From Octopus vulgaris (taxonomy: Eukaryota): 64,000 nucleotides of DNA. The stretch is from positions 7,750,001 to 7,814,000 of the forward strand of contig OX597836.1 in NCBI GenBank assembly GCA_951406725.2. The letters are read 5' to 3'. Below, one piece after another: positions 27,050-40,975 of this stretch (positions are counted from its first letter, which is position 1; each line of letters starts with the position of its first letter). The notes beneath the pieces are model-generated. The model saw nothing but the letters and a program-made list of their open reading frames with translations. It was not told the origin of the DNA and did not search any database. The translations under genes and the position numbers were made by a program.

Positions 27050-28284
27050 CATGTGTGTGTCTTTGTTTGTCCTCCACCAGCACCTGACAACCAGTGTTGG
27101 TGTGTTTATGTCCCCATAACGTAGCAATTCAGCAAAAGAAACCAAGAGAATGAGTACCAAGCTTCAAAAAAAAAAAAAGGTACTGGGATCAATTCGTTTA
27201 CTAAAATTCTTCAAGATGGTGCCCCAGTACAGCCTCAGACTGAAACAAGTAAAAACTAAAAAGATATTTTTAAGAATATCATGAGCGCTGCCTGCCACTT
27301 TAGAAAAGGCATAAGAAGACCTCAGCCATTCTCTGCACTACACTTATTATTATTAGAAACAACAAGATCCTCCTTCACCGATAAAACTCAAGCACTAATG
27401 AGTTTTCAGAACCTTCCTACATCATTTTTTTTCTACCATTACATTGCTTTTAAATTATACCAACCAGCCATCTAGTCAGTCAGTCACTCAGCTGTTGTTT
27501 ATTGAACTTACTGGCACCACCATTTCTACACCTATTCAAGAACTACTTCTGGTGAGACAGTAGGAAAAACAGATAAATAAATAGATAAAACGGTGAGACA
27601 GCTCTGCAAGCCTGACTCTGTCTACTTCAGTCTCAAGTTCACTTTGGTAACCACCCATGTTTTAAGTCAAAGAGTAACATGTCATTCAGTAATGTTAACC
27701 ACTCTAATATCACCTCCTCTTCCTTTCACCATTTTACTCCAAAAAAAAACAAATCTTCCCACGTTCTATAAGTTCACTATTTTCATTATTTCCTGTCGAG
27801 AACAACAGGTAGGTCCAGGCATGGCTGTGTGGTTAGCAAGTTTGCTTTGCAACTGCGTGGTTTAGGGTTCAATTCCACTGCACAGCACCTTTGGCAAGTG
27901 TTTTCTACTATAACCCCAAGCTGACCAACGCCTAGTATAAAAATTTGCTAGATGGAATCTATGAGGGAGTCCATCTTGCAGATATATGCATGTATGTATG
28001 TATTTCTTTGAGTTCTGTTTAGGTGCTTCTTAACCCTTTTTTTTACTGTATTTATACAGACACACATGTATAAATACGATAGGCTTCTTTCAGTTTCCTT
28101 CTACCGAATCTACCCACAAGACTATGGTTGGCCTGTGGCTATACTAGAAGACACTCGCTCAAGGTGCCACGCAGTGAGACTGAACCTGGAGCCATGTGGT
28201 TGGGAAGCAAACTTCTTACCAAACAGCATTGTAATTTTTTTTCTGAAATACATTCTCACCTGTAACATTTATCTCTAATTTCAG

Positions 28285-28373
28285 CGGGATCCCAATGTCA
28301 GAAGAGATTATCTCCGTCTACGAAGCCAGCTCCTCACTGCACGATATGGAAGTCCAGCTTTCTCGGATCAAAG
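28285..28373 (+). CDS. Predicted internal exon (RDPNVRRDYLRLRSQLLTARYGSPAFSDQ), phase 0 to 2
   Basis: Acceptor atctctaatttcag|, donor AAG|gtaggc. Non-repetitive island richer in GC/CpG than its flanks. All three frames are open; the frame is fixed by compatibility with the 32386 exon. Confidence 0.8.
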
Positions 28374-28770
28374 GTAGGCTTGACCCCTCCAGAGATTATA
28401 TCTTTTGTCAGTATTTAAGAAAATATCCAAGGAAATTCATATGTAGCAATTATGTAGCATTTTCATTGCATTATGTTTTGGCTTAAATTTAAGATATTTG
28501 TAGGTCATGTCAGTCATTTTAGCCATTCAGTTACTTATTTATAAATGAGTGATCCATTTGTAATTACTCTTTTACTCTTTTCAGTCATGTGACTGTGGCT
28601 ATGCTGGAGCACTGCCTTTAGTCGAGCAAATCGACCCCCACGACTTATTCTTTTTAAGCATACTACTTATTCTATCGGTCACTTTTGCCAAACCGCTAAG
28701 TTACAGGGATGTAAACACACTAGCATCGGTTGTCAAGCAATGTTGGGGAGGCAAACACAGACACACACAA

Positions 28771-28805
<35 letters not shown>

Positions 28806-31745
28806 CATATATACGACAGGCTTCTTTCAGTTTCCGCCTACCAAATCCACTCACAAGCAAGCTTCTTGCCATACAGCCATGCCTGTGCCTATGTTCCCAC
28901 CCACTCATTATTAGCAATAAACTATTTAAAGGCAGTGAGCTGGCAAAATCTTTGGTGCATCATATAAAACGTTAAGTGGCATTTCTTCCAGCTCTCAGCG
29001 TTCTGAGTTCAAGTCCTGCTTGTGTCAGCTTTGTCTTTCATCTTTTAAGGGTCGATGAAATAAGTACCAGTTAAGCACTGAGGTTGATATAATGGACTTC
29101 CCCTTCCCTTTAAAAGTGCTGACCTTGTACTAAAATTAGATAAAATTATTAATGATAGACTATTTGTTTTTTGCCCTCAATTCCAACAGTAACCCCTCCT
29201 TCTAAGTCTCATTTCCAGTGATAAATTATTTGATTTATTTTTGCCCCAGTTCCAGTCATAAACTGTTGTTTTAGTCTTCCTAAAATCTTTTGATAAAGTA
29301 TTTACTTTTTTTTTTTTACCTCAATCCCAGTGATATAAACCTCTTCTTTTGATTTTTCCTTAAATTCAATCAATAAACAATGTTTCTCCTTCACTTTCAA
29401 CAAAAACTATATTATCATTATTATTTTTTTTTTTTTTTTGTCCCCAATTTTATCAATGAACCATTTTTCCCTCCTTGATTCCGACAATGAACCATTATTA
29501 CTTCTTTTTATTTCCTTTCAATTCTGTTGAGGAACTATTTGTTTATCACCCACAAATCTTCAAAAATAACCCAAACTATTCAACATGGGGGAGAATTTAA
29601 CATTAGTGTGCAAAGAAAAAAACATTACTTTAATTCCAACATAATTTATGTCTAAAATCAATTTTTTTCTCTCATTAATGTTTTGTTATATTTTCTAAGT
29701 TTGATATTTTATACAATTTAATACAATTGGAATTGAAAGGTCATTCCTGAAATACAATATTAAAAAAAAAATATTTTCCTGATATAATAGAATTATCATT
29801 TATCTTTCTTCTACACTGTTTGTTTATGCTTTCCCAATTTACAAATTAATGTTTGATTTAAATAATTTATTACATTTTATTATCTAACTCCATAATTTTC
29901 GCTCTAAATATTCATAATAAATAAAGACATTATAAATTTTACACATCTAAAAGAAAAAAAGTGAAATTTAGATTTCTCATTTTGATATCCTATTACCATA
30001 AAATCTGTTTTAGTTTTGGTATTCTTTTGTTATAAAAAATATATATATATGTATGTTTGATGCCTTCTTACTATAAATTATATGTAGGTTTGATGTTCTC
30101 TTACTTCAAACATATCTTGATTTTTATATCTTCATGTCATAAATGCAGGTTTAATATCCTCAAAGTAGAAAGTTCTTTGTTCTCTATTATCATTATTATT
30201 ATTATTATCATTATTACTATACTAAAGCAGTCTTATTTTTATTGCATGCGTTCACTGCACTGCCAAGCACAGCTGTGCGTGTCTTAGATACATGCTGCTG
30301 GGTATTGTTTTGGTGTTGTTATTTTTACTGTATTTGAAAGTGCTCTGCATAAGACGTGTGTGATGCCAAGCCGTGCTATTTTCTGCATGTTATTCATAAG
30401 TCTTGGTGTTTTGGTTATGCATTTGTCTATGTTTTTAGATCACACTAAACCATCTATTATTATAGGGATTGTTTCTGTTTTTTAGGGCCCTTATATGACG
30501 TTATTTCTATTCCTAGATTTTCGTATTTTGAATGTTTCTCCATTTCATTTTAGAGAGTCATTGTCATCTGTTGAGACTGATATGTTGATTAGGAGGCATT
30601 TTATTTTTCTTTCTTGACAAAAATTTGTTATCATTAAGGCAGTGTACTGGCATTACTGTACTGGAAAAAATGCTTAGCAGCATTTCTCCTGACTTTACAT
30701 TCTGATTTCAAATGCTACTGGGGTCAGCTTTGCCTTTCATCCTTTCAGGGTTGATAAAATCAGTACCAGTTGAGCACAGGGGTCAATGTAATCCACTTAC
30801 CCCCTCTCCGAAATTGTTGGCCTTTTGTTAAAATTTGAAACCACTATTATTATTATTATTATGCTATATTAATTAACAAGGATGTTGTTTTGAAGTTCTG
30901 TGACAGTGCCTCTTTAAATATCAAGAACCTTTCTTATGGTTCTTTCAGAAGCAGGAATACTTTTTTTTTTTTTTAGCAGGTTAACAGTATAAATCTCAAT
31001 TCCAATATCCTTCATTCTCTTAAGCAGCAGTTTGGCTGTTGTGCCAGGTGCACCAGTTACTGCAGGAATAATTATCATCTTGTCTGCCACCCTCTTTTCA
31101 TCTTTCTGGCTAGGTCTTGATATTTCTGTTTCTTTGGTATTCTCTTTGTTATAATAAGGCACAGTAAAGTCTATGACCCTAAACCTTTTTTTTTGTTCTC
31201 TACAATCAAAGTTGGTCTTATTGTTTTAATAGTTTGGTCAGTCTTTATAGGGAAATCCTATAAAATCCTGTAATTATAATTTCCTATCACTAGCTTGTGT
31301 TCTTATCACATTTCTACTACTTTGAATCCATACACTCCAGTGCATTCTTTTTCTAACACACTCATCTCTGTGTTTATACTCTTTTTGTGCTAGCTTACTA
31401 CTTTCTTTTAAGAAATGGTTACTAGTTTTATCACTGTTTCCCACTGATTTTGTGTTTGTTCTCTGACTTCAAGTTTCTTTCTGTCACCAACAACCAACAT
31501 TCTTTACTGCATCCTCCGTTTGTTGCATGAACTGGCCATTATTTTTCCTGCTCTTTCTAGCTAATTGTTCTGTTGTTCTTTCTTTTGTTCCTGGATTTTT
31601 TTTTCTTGGTGATCCTTGACATCTATATCTGGTCTATTAGCCTTGATTTCTCTATCTGTATGTATTAGCATATTCCAAAGTATGGTTGCTTCGTCATTTT
31701 CTGAAACCTTTTCCGGAGTGTGCCTTGTTGTTGTTGTTGTAATTT

Positions 31746-32118
31746 TTATTATTACCTCCGCCTTAGCGAAGTTGGAGGTATTGATCTCATTTGTGTTTGC
31801 TTGTTTGTCCATGGACAAGGTATCTCAAGAACCTCTGGATGGATTCAGATGAAAACTTCAGGGATGTCTGGCCTCATGACTGGCACAAACTGATTAGATT
31901 TTGGGATCAATCTGGTACTGGACAAGGATTCTGGATTATTTTTCCTGTTTTTTTACTTAATTTTTGAGAGCGGTTGGGTTCATTATAAGTATTCTCGTTT
32001 GTGAAAGCAGTCGAGTTTATTTCAGATATTCTCATTTTAAAAATCATCTCTGGCTAATTGTTGAGAGGATGTTGGTGTTGCTTTGGTGGAGGTTTGCACT
32101 CTCTGAGTGCTCTTGTTG
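31746..32118 (+). mobile_element. Non-autonomous Helentron/DINE-1-like element
   Basis: 5' acctccgcc with nearby partial IR ggaggt, gtttg-type microsatellite, 3' ggtggaggt subterminal IR followed by hairpin gcactc-tct-gagtgc; T-rich flanks. Confidence 0.75.
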
Positions 32119-32385
32119 TTATTATTGTTATTATTTTATTATTGTTGTTGTTATAATCATTATTGTCATTATTATGGCCTTGTACTGAAATTTGAAACCA
32201 TTATTACCATCATTATTATTTGTCTTAACCATCAGAAAATATTGTTGAATAAATTATTGTTGCCAATGTAAAAACAAAAACAAAAAGAATTAAATTAAAA
32301 ATAAGACAAATAAAATAGAATATTGAATCTGCTATTGTTTGATTCTGATTTAAAGAGAAACAAAACGCAAATTTGTCTTTTGCAG

Positions 32386-32440
32386 CAGTTTACGTAGCCG
32401 TGCTTTGAGTTTACGCAGTCTCAGCAGGAACACAGTTGAA
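32386..32440 (+). CDS. Predicted internal exon ([S]SLRSRALSLRSLSRNTVE), phase 2 to 0, NAGNAG acceptor
   Basis: Acceptor tttgtcttttgcag|cag, donor GAA|gtaagt. Only one frame is open (the others contain TAG or TGA) and it joins the AG left by the 28373 donor. Confidence 0.8.
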
Positions 32441-32518
32441 GTAAGTTCTGTGAGTACAATCAAGGCTTTTCTGCATTTCTACTTTTCTTTCATTTCGTTG
32501 GATTTTGTATTATTATTA

Positions 32519-32574
<56 letters not shown>

Positions 32575-33136
32575 TTCTTTTTAGTTTAAACATTCATGCT
32601 GCTGCTTAGAAAAATCTTGCCGTTGATTTCTCATGAATTAAAATCATTTTCATGAATTGTATTCATGTAATTTACTAATTATAAATAATTAGCCAAGCTT
32701 AATAACTTATAGAAAATTAATATCTCTTTCTTAAATATCAATTTTTTTTTTTTTTGCAGTAAAGGTAAAAACAAAAAAAAAAAAAGTTAATAATAATTGT
32801 GGGAGAGGTTTTGACAAAAAAAAACACAACAAAGAAAGAATATTAAAAAAAATCAAAGAATGTTCTATTATTTCTTGTTGATTAGATACTGAAATAGGAA
32901 ACATTTAGTTGTTTTAATTAATGTATTTCATCAAACTGAAAGAAAGATGCCCTGAAATCTTGAAATTTGTTAGCTTTATATTTCATCCTCTTCATTTAGG
33001 ATGATTAATACTACTACTACTACTGTATGGTAAAGGTAAATCAACCAACCACCCGACCAACAACCAGCACTTTCTAATGAGGCAAATTTCATTGCAGTTC
33101 CACTTCATCATCTTATCATATTCAACATTTATCATT

Positions 33137-33169
<33 letters not shown>

Positions 33170-33413
33170 ATAGTAGTAGTATCAGTAATAGTAGTAGTAT
33201 CAGTAATAGTACCAGTAGTAGTAGTATTAGTAATAGCAACAGCAGTAGTAATAGTAGTAACATCACTAATAGTAGTAGTAGTAGCATCAGTAGTAGTAGC
33301 AGCAGTAGTAGTAGTTGTTGTAGTAGTAGTAGCAGCAGCAGCATCAGTAATAATAATAGTAGTAGCAGCAGCATCAGTAGTAGTTGTAGTAGCAGCAGCA
33401 GTGGCATCAGTAA

Positions 33414-33444
<31 letters not shown>

Positions 33445-33460
33445 GGTTGTGGTGACAGTG
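33137..33460. repeat. Imperfect (GTA/GCA/GTG)n trinucleotide tract
   Basis: Direct inspection; accounts for the poly-V and poly-L ORFs. Confidence 0.9.
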
Positions 33461-33659
33461 GCAGAAGTTCCTCAGTTTATAATGATGCAATAGGTCAATC
33501 AGTGTTAACATATTTAACTGGTCGTTAGCAACCCACTCAGTTCTGGATTCAGTCTTTCCGGAAAGCACCACAGGCAAGCGTCTTCTTCAAAGTCTCTTTC
33601 CATAATGTCAGCTTAACTAAAACCTTGTTAGTGAAATTTCGATAGACAATTAGCTGTAT

Positions 33660-34000
33660 GTGTGTGACATTACCCATCCAGCAGAGCATGCTAGCTTCAT
33701 TTCTTTCAAGCCTTTGCAAGTCCTCTGTAGACAAAATCCACATTTCACTGCATGTAACATAACTGCATCATACAATCTGCCTTTCACTCTGAGAAAGAGG
33801 CCCTTAGTTACCAACAAAGATAGAAGCTCCTTGAACTTCACCCAGCCCGTTCTTATCTTAGCAGCTACACTTTCAGAACTGCTCCCGCCCTCTTAACTTG
33901 GTCTCTTAGGTAATAGAAGCTATCTACTACTTCTAATGATCAACCTGAGCATTTGAGGGAGCCCATTGTCTGCATACTTTTAGTGCTTATCGTACCTGCA
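33660..34000 (-). mobile_element. Decayed RTE-clade LINE fragment
   Basis: KFKELLSLLVTKGLFLRVKGRLYDAVMLHA / LQRLERNEASMLCWM. Confidence 0.75.
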
Positions 34001-34536
34001 CATCTAATAATTTATGTCTTTGAAGGTTGGAAACCAGAAGACAGTTTTTTGATCGGAGAAATGACAATGGTGTTACTGATTGAAGCTAGTGATGCACACT
34101 AACATATTCACATGCATGCACATACACACTCACATATATGATAGGCTTCTTTTAGTTTTCCTCTACCAGTTCCCACAAGGCTTTGGTTGGCCTAGGGCTA
34201 TAATAGAAAACCTTGTCCAAGGTTCCATCCTCAGCCCTACTCCCATCTTTCTAGACCACTATGCTCAATTCCTCTCCACCCAGAAAGTCAACTCAGCAGA
34301 ACTGCCATTTTTTCCACCTAGTATGTGGCCCCTCAAACTGCTCGAAATAATAGTCAAATTCCCTCACGTCACACCCTTATCATCTGGAAATGGAAAGACT
34401 CTTTGAATAATGCTGTCAAAACTATACAAGAAGACAGGGTGCTCGAGTCTGCTCAATCAAGACAGACATGAGACTAAACAAGAATTTGGATAATATTTCT
34501 TGCAGTTTAAGTGACCCTGTGTTTGATGATGATGAT

Positions 34537-35243
34537 GTGGAGGTGCAATGGCCCAGTGGTTAGGGTAGCGGACTTGTGGTCATGGGATCGCGGTTTCGAC
34601 TCCCAGGCCAGGTGTTGCGAGTGTTTATTGAGCAAAAACACCTAAAGCTCCATGAGGTTCTGGCAGGGGTGGTGGTGGTGAACCCTTCTGTACCCTTTAA
34701 CCACAACTTTCTCTCACTCTTTCTTCCTGTTTCTGTTGTAACTGTATTTCAAAGGGGCCAGTCTTGTCACATTCTGTGTCGTGCTGAATCTCCCCCAAGA
34801 ACTACATTAAGGGTATACGTGTCTGTGCAGTGCTCAGCCACTTGCACGTTAATTTCACGAGCAGGCTGTTCTGTTGATCGGATTGGCTGGAACCCTCGCC
34901 ATTGTAACCGACAGTGCCACTCACCACCTTAATAATAATAATAATAATACTCTAGGCACAAGGCCTGAAATTTTGGGGGAGGGGGCCAGTTGATTAGATC
35001 GACTCCAGTACGGAGCTGGTACTTAATTCATCGACCCCCAAAAGGATGAAAGGCGAAGTCAACCTCGGCAGAATTTGAACTCAGCCTTGTCACATTCTGT
35101 GTCGTGCTGAATCTCCCCCGAGAACTACATTAAGGGTACACATATCTGTGGAGTGCTCAGCCACTTGCACATTAATTTCACGAGTAGACTGTTCTGTTGA
35201 TCGGATCGGCTGGAACCCTCGCCATCGTAACCGACGGAATGCC
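34537..35243 (+). mobile_element. SINE family D in a (GAT)n site, with an internal captured SINE-A segment and a duplicated 3' half
   Basis: Homology to 10131-10512; 3' half repeated at 35082-35243. Confidence 0.8.
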
Positions 35244-36351
35244 ATGATGATGATGATGATGATGATATTGAGGCGAGTGCTGATAGTAAATGATGATAAT
35301 TTTTGTGGATTTTTATGGCTGAAATATTGGATAATTGTTTAGATTAGAAGCTGCAGTTTTACAAGTTCTATTTTCTTTTCTTTTTTTTTGAGACTCACTA
35401 CTGCTGCTGCTACTGAGGCTATTGCTGCTGCTGCTGCTATGCATTATTCAAGTCTGAAAGCTGAACACAGAAATTTTACTTAACATATTATGGTATTTGA
35501 TTAATTGATATCCAATATGGCATTTGGTTTGAAAATTCTCTTTGAATATAAGTTGTATTGCAAGTCACTCAGAGTAACTCTTTAGTTCGAGAGAGAGAGA
35601 GAGAGAGAGAGAGGGAGGAAGAGGGAGTAACTAATGGGAGGAGGAGTGGGAAGAGGTGTTGTCTCAATGAATGCTATGTCAATAAACACCTCAACAATGA
35701 AAATCCAGCAAGGTGAGTGGATGGTGGCTACCATTCAATGGTCATAAATCTTATACTTTTATTTGTGTATTTATTAAAATTTTTCTTCTTTTTTTTTGGT
35801 TTTTCATTTGTTTCTTGGTTTGTTTGTTTCTGAAAACACTTTGTTTATTATTTGGGAATTTTCTCCAATCATAAAATAGAATAACTGGATGATTGATTGA
35901 TTCATTCATTAAGTGTACTTGACCAAGAAGACTCTGTGTCTTCGTGGTCAAGTATAACAACCCTAGGCTATAATAATAAGAATGATGATGGCAATAATTC
36001 TAATTTTTGGCACAAGGCCAGCAATTTCATAGGAATGGGGTTGGGGGTGCTAGTCGATTACATTGACACCCCCCCCCCCCAGTGTTCAACTGATACTTAT
36101 TTCATTGACCCTCAAAGGATGAAAGGCAAAGTCCACCTCAGTGGATAAGATGCTGCTAAGCATTTTTTCCAATGTGCATCTTTCTAATTTTTGGCACAAG
36201 GCTTGCACTTTTTTGAGGGAATGGGGTTAATTGATTATATCACATCTTCCTCTCCTTGTGTTCAGTTGGTACTTATTTTATCAACCCCAAAAGGATGAAA
36301 GGCAAAGTCAACCTCAGTGAAATTTGGACTCAAAGCATAAAGAGTCAAAAC

Positions 36352-36405
<54 letters not shown>

Positions 36406-36659
36406 CCTTTCTACTATAGGCACAAGGCCTGAAATTTTGGGTGAGGTGGGTGGGGCTAGTCGACCATATCAACCCCAGTGCATAATTTGTACTTATTTCA
36501 TTCACCTCGAAAGGATGAAAGGCAAAATTGACCTCAGCGGAATTTGAACTCAGAACGTAAGGATGGATGAAATACCACTAAGCATCTTGGCCATCAGATT
36601 AATGTAAAATTGTTTTTATTATAACTGAGCATAAAAATAAACATATATTTTCTATCCAG

Positions 36660-36999
36660 TCTCCTTGGCTGATCTTTGTGCCAAATGTGACTTTGGAGTC
36701 CAAATCGATGGTGAAAGAGTCGTGGGCAGAATTTGCACAGGATGGTTGGTGCGGGTCGAGGATGTTGAAGATGCTCCTTTCTTCTCCTGTGTTTTACTTC
36801 CTCATTCTGTTGTCTGTTCTGCTCAAAGGAGCTGGCTCCATTGCAGATAGCAGTCCTCTAGGCTGTCCTATCCACAGTAATCTGTTTCCATGAGGATGGC
36901 TGGATGTTAGTTTGAGCCAGGGTCTGTTTGATATGGTCTTTAAAACGGAATTTCTGACCTCCTCTGGGTCTTGTTCCAATTGCAAGTTCTTCATAGAGC

Positions 37000-37000
<1 letters not shown>
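36660..37000 (-). mobile_element. RTE/BovB-like LINE 3' end with C2H2-like zinc-finger tail
   Basis: LYEELAIGTRPRGGQKFRFKDHIKQTL ... CKFCPRLFHHRFGLQSHIWH, with an in-frame stop. Confidence 0.8.
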
Positions 37001-37035
<35 letters not shown>

Positions 37036-40000
37036 AAGAGAGAGGGAGGGTTTCTTTCAATTTTCATCTATCAAATCCATTCCTTAGGTATTGACTAGCT
37101 CAAGGCTCTCATAGAAAACTCTTGCCCAAGATACTTTTGCCATGCAACGGAACTGAACCCAAGATTGGAGAGCAAGCTTCTTAACCAACAGCCACTTGCC
37201 ATGACTAAATAACTTAAATTTTACGACTCATTATTACAAGACAGTTTGTCTGCCAATCCTGCCAGTCTTACTTGATAACTGTTATGATAACGACAATATC
37301 ATAATGTTAACTACATTACTGTAACACAATAACATTATAACTGTAATGTTAACCATGTAGTAACGATAACACAATTAGTGTAATGAAATATTGTAACAAT
37401 ATTTTTGCTCACAAAATAATGTTTATAATGCAATATTGTAACAACAATGCAATGCTGTGATTACAACAACAATTGTAATATAATGTTATACCAAAATCAA
37501 GAACAGAATATTGTGACAACAACTACTTCAATGACAGTATTTTAAATGCCATTGTAAATTAATTCCTTTCATCCCTGTAGTCTTAATGAACCCTTATCAA
37601 AATTTAATTTAAATAAAAATGAAAAATATCCCCCAAGAAATCTTTTTAACAAACCAAGCAATAACTTAAAAAATCATTTGAACTTCATTGTTTTTATTTT
37701 CCCTCAATTTTTCATCTCATCTAAATATATTTTGCTTTAAATTTCATTAAAAAAACGACTTTGTTTAGTTTAGTTTTCAAACTTCATTTAAAGATTAATA
37801 TAAACAAAAAAAGAAAAACAAAAAAGGAATGTTTTCACTAATGAGACAGAAGTAAGTTGGTTAATTAATTAATTAATGTACAGGACTTTGATAGAGCTTC
37901 TATCAGAAGACATTGTGTTGTGTCCTTTGAGAAAGAACGTGACATTATAAATGGCTGTTTACATGGCATGTAGTCAAGAAGTTTACTTTAGGTTCAATCT
38001 CATTGTGTGACACCTCAGACTAATGCCTTACTGTAGTTGATAGAATAAGAACCAGTGAAGTCGCTGGGTGAATATAATTAACTGTCTGTGCTCTTGAATT
38101 CATGGCCTTGTGTGCATATGAAAAATTGTCCTTTTGTGGTCTTAAGCAACATGTACTAGGGCAGGGCTGACATAATCAGGTGATGTAATCACCAATATTC
38201 TTGAATATGATAAGTGGTGCCCTACCTGGCATGCCTGTAGGTTTACTGATAAGACCAGTGTATACAAGCAAGGCTGTGTGGTTAAGAGGTTTGTTTTCTA
38301 TCTGTAAGCTCTCAGGTTCAATCCCAGTGTGTGGCACTTTAGCCTCTTCTACTATAGTGTCGGGCCAATCAAAACTCTGAATGGATTTGGTAGATATTAA
38401 TGAAAGAAGCACATCAAACACACACACACACACATACATAGACATATATAAATGCATATATACATACATAGGCGTTAGGAAGGGCATCCAGCTGTAGAAA
38501 CACTGCCAGATCTGACTGGACTGGTGCAGCTTTCGGGCTCCCCAGACCCCAGTTGAACCGTCCAACCCATGCTAGCATGGAAAGCGGACGTTAAATGATG
38601 ATGATGATGATGATGATGATACATATGTGTGTGTATTCTGTGTCTTTGTCATACAGGCTATGTCCTTTGTTTCTGAACTTCTGTGAAAACGTGTCCAGCT
38701 ATGGGGACGACAGCAAAGGCATCTGGCCATAGGAAATCTACTTCTGCCTCAATGACTGATACAAGAATGGGAAAGTGGACATTAAAATGATGAGAATGAT
38801 GGACAAATAGATATCCGGTCATTATTATTATTATTGAATGAGAGAGCAGCACATGCCATCAAAGTGACACTGGGGTACAAATATAGGAAACCCAATATAC
38901 CTATCATGACTACTTGTCTGATAAGGGTACGCCTGGCACATACATCACAACCATATGTGCACAACATGGTGTTCTCATATCAAGATAAACAATGCATGAC
39001 GTTGCAGGTGAGGCCCAGTTAGAATCTTTTTCAGGTTGAGTAGCTCATCCTATTCAAATGGCCCCTGAATAAGGGTTGTTTAAGGATGTTGAATGAAACA
39101 CCTATGTTTCTAAGAGATGAACTATTCAAACCCCAAAGAATTCCTCTCAACATATGGCTATGATGCTCCCCTACTACTTCTGCTCGTGATCAGAGATGCA
39201 TGTATCACCAGCCACTAAGGGACATGCTCAACTGGTTAAGGTCGATATTATTATTATTATTTATTGTTATTATTATTAAAGGCATGTATTGGACAAAATG
39301 CTAAGTCACATTCTGAGATCAAATCTCACCAAGGTTAACTCTTTTCATCTTTTCTATTCTAGGCACTAGACAGAAATTTTTGGTGAGGGGGCTAGTCGAT
39401 TAGATCAACCTCAGTACACAACTGGTACTTAATTTATTAACCCCAAAAGGATGAAAGGCAAAGTTGACCTCGAAGGAATTTGAACTCAGAGCATAAAGAC
39501 AGACGAAATACCGTTAAGTATTTCGCCCTACCTGCTAACATTTCTGCCAGCTCGCCACCTTGGGTTGGATAGAATAAAGTACTAATGAAGCCCTGCGGAT
39601 CACTGTAATCAAGTTAGCCCCTCCCCTCAAACTGCTGGCCTTGTGCCAAAATTAGAATTATAGTCATTATTTATTTATTCAGTTATGTACATATGAGAAT
39701 TCCATTAGTGTGACAGAAACAGATCCTGCCTGTTTACAAAGCCAATCTCACTATTATGCCAAATTAGAAAGAATTATTATTACCATTTTTGTTGTTGTTG
39801 TTGTAGATGCAGACATGGTTGGGTGGTAAGAAGTTTGCTTCCGAACTACATGGTTCTAGGTTCAGTCCCACTGCATGGCACCTTGGACAAGTGTTTTCTA
39901 CTATAGCCCCAGACTGATGAAAATCTTGTGAATGGATTTGGTTGATGGAAACTGAAAGAAGCCCATTGTGTGTGTGTGTGTGTTTGTCTATTTTTGTCCC

Positions 40001-40870
40001 TACCAGAGCTTGGCAACTGGTGCTGGTGTGTTTACATCCCCATAACTTAGCAGTTTGGCCAAAGAGACTGGTAGAATACGTACCAGGCTTGAAAAAAAGT
40101 CCTGGGTTTGTTTCATTCAACTAAAATTCTCCATGGCTGTGCCCCAGCATGGCCACAGTTGAATGACTGAGACAAGTAAGACATAACAGATTATTTATGT
40201 ATTTAGTTAGCTGTACAGTGCTGGTGCCATGGAAAAAGCACCCAGTTCACTCTGTAAAGTGGTTGACGTAAGGAAGGGCACCCAGCTGTAGAAGACATGC
40301 TGAAACATACAATGGAACCTTGTGTGGCTCCTGGCCTTACCATTTCCTGTCAAACCGTCCAATCCATGCCAGCATGGAAAGAAGACATTAAACGGATGAT
40401 GATGATGATATACATGAATTATGCTAGTGTGACAAAAACGAGATCATGTTTGTTATAAAGCTATTACACAAGTTGTGTCAGAGAAACCAGGTTCTGTCTC
40501 TAATGGACCCCAATTACATCAGTGTGAAATAGAAGGCATGCTATGTCTATAATATACCTAATTACACTAGTGTGAAAGCCAGGTTGTGTCTGTAATAAAG
40601 CCAATTCTTAGATACAGATTTTAAAAAAAATTATTAATGGTTTACTAAAGAGTCATAGCATGACTTGTGATGTTTTTGAAGGTGCTCCAAGACTTTTGAG
40701 AAAAAAAGTTAGGAAGATTTTTGATATCTTCAGTTTGGAAACTTGGTTTAAATTCTGGCTACAGAATGGACTCCACAAAAAGTATTCAAAGACCAGATGG
40801 TGATGTTAGACAAGACATTAGTTTAAATTTACTACAGTCCACCTGATAGGGTTCCATATGGTTACTTTCG

Positions 40871-40975
40871 CTGACAAGATTAAGATTGTCCTGAGATAAG
40901 ATTAAGATACTAACAAGATTAAGGTTGTCTTGAGACAAGATTAAGACACTGATAAGATTAAAGTTGATCTGAGAG
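40871..40975. repeat. 39-bp minisatellite, ~2.7 units
   Basis: ctgacaagattaagattgtcctgagataagattaagata / ctaacaagattaaggttgtcttgagacaagattaagaca / ctgataagattaaagttgatctgaga. Confidence 0.85.

Noticed and set aside
28295-28486. ORF-track protein MSEEIISVYEASS...
   Set aside because: Alternative frame of the predicted exon; when spliced to 32386 it hits TGA after six codons.
33077-33493. 138-aa poly-Val ORF and antisense poly-Leu ORF resembling a membrane protein
   Set aside because: (GTA/GCA)n tract with no convincing splice pair.
40871-40975. Regularly spaced repeats suggestive of a CRISPR array
   Set aside because: No unique spacers, no cas genes, eukaryotic context; a simple minisatellite.
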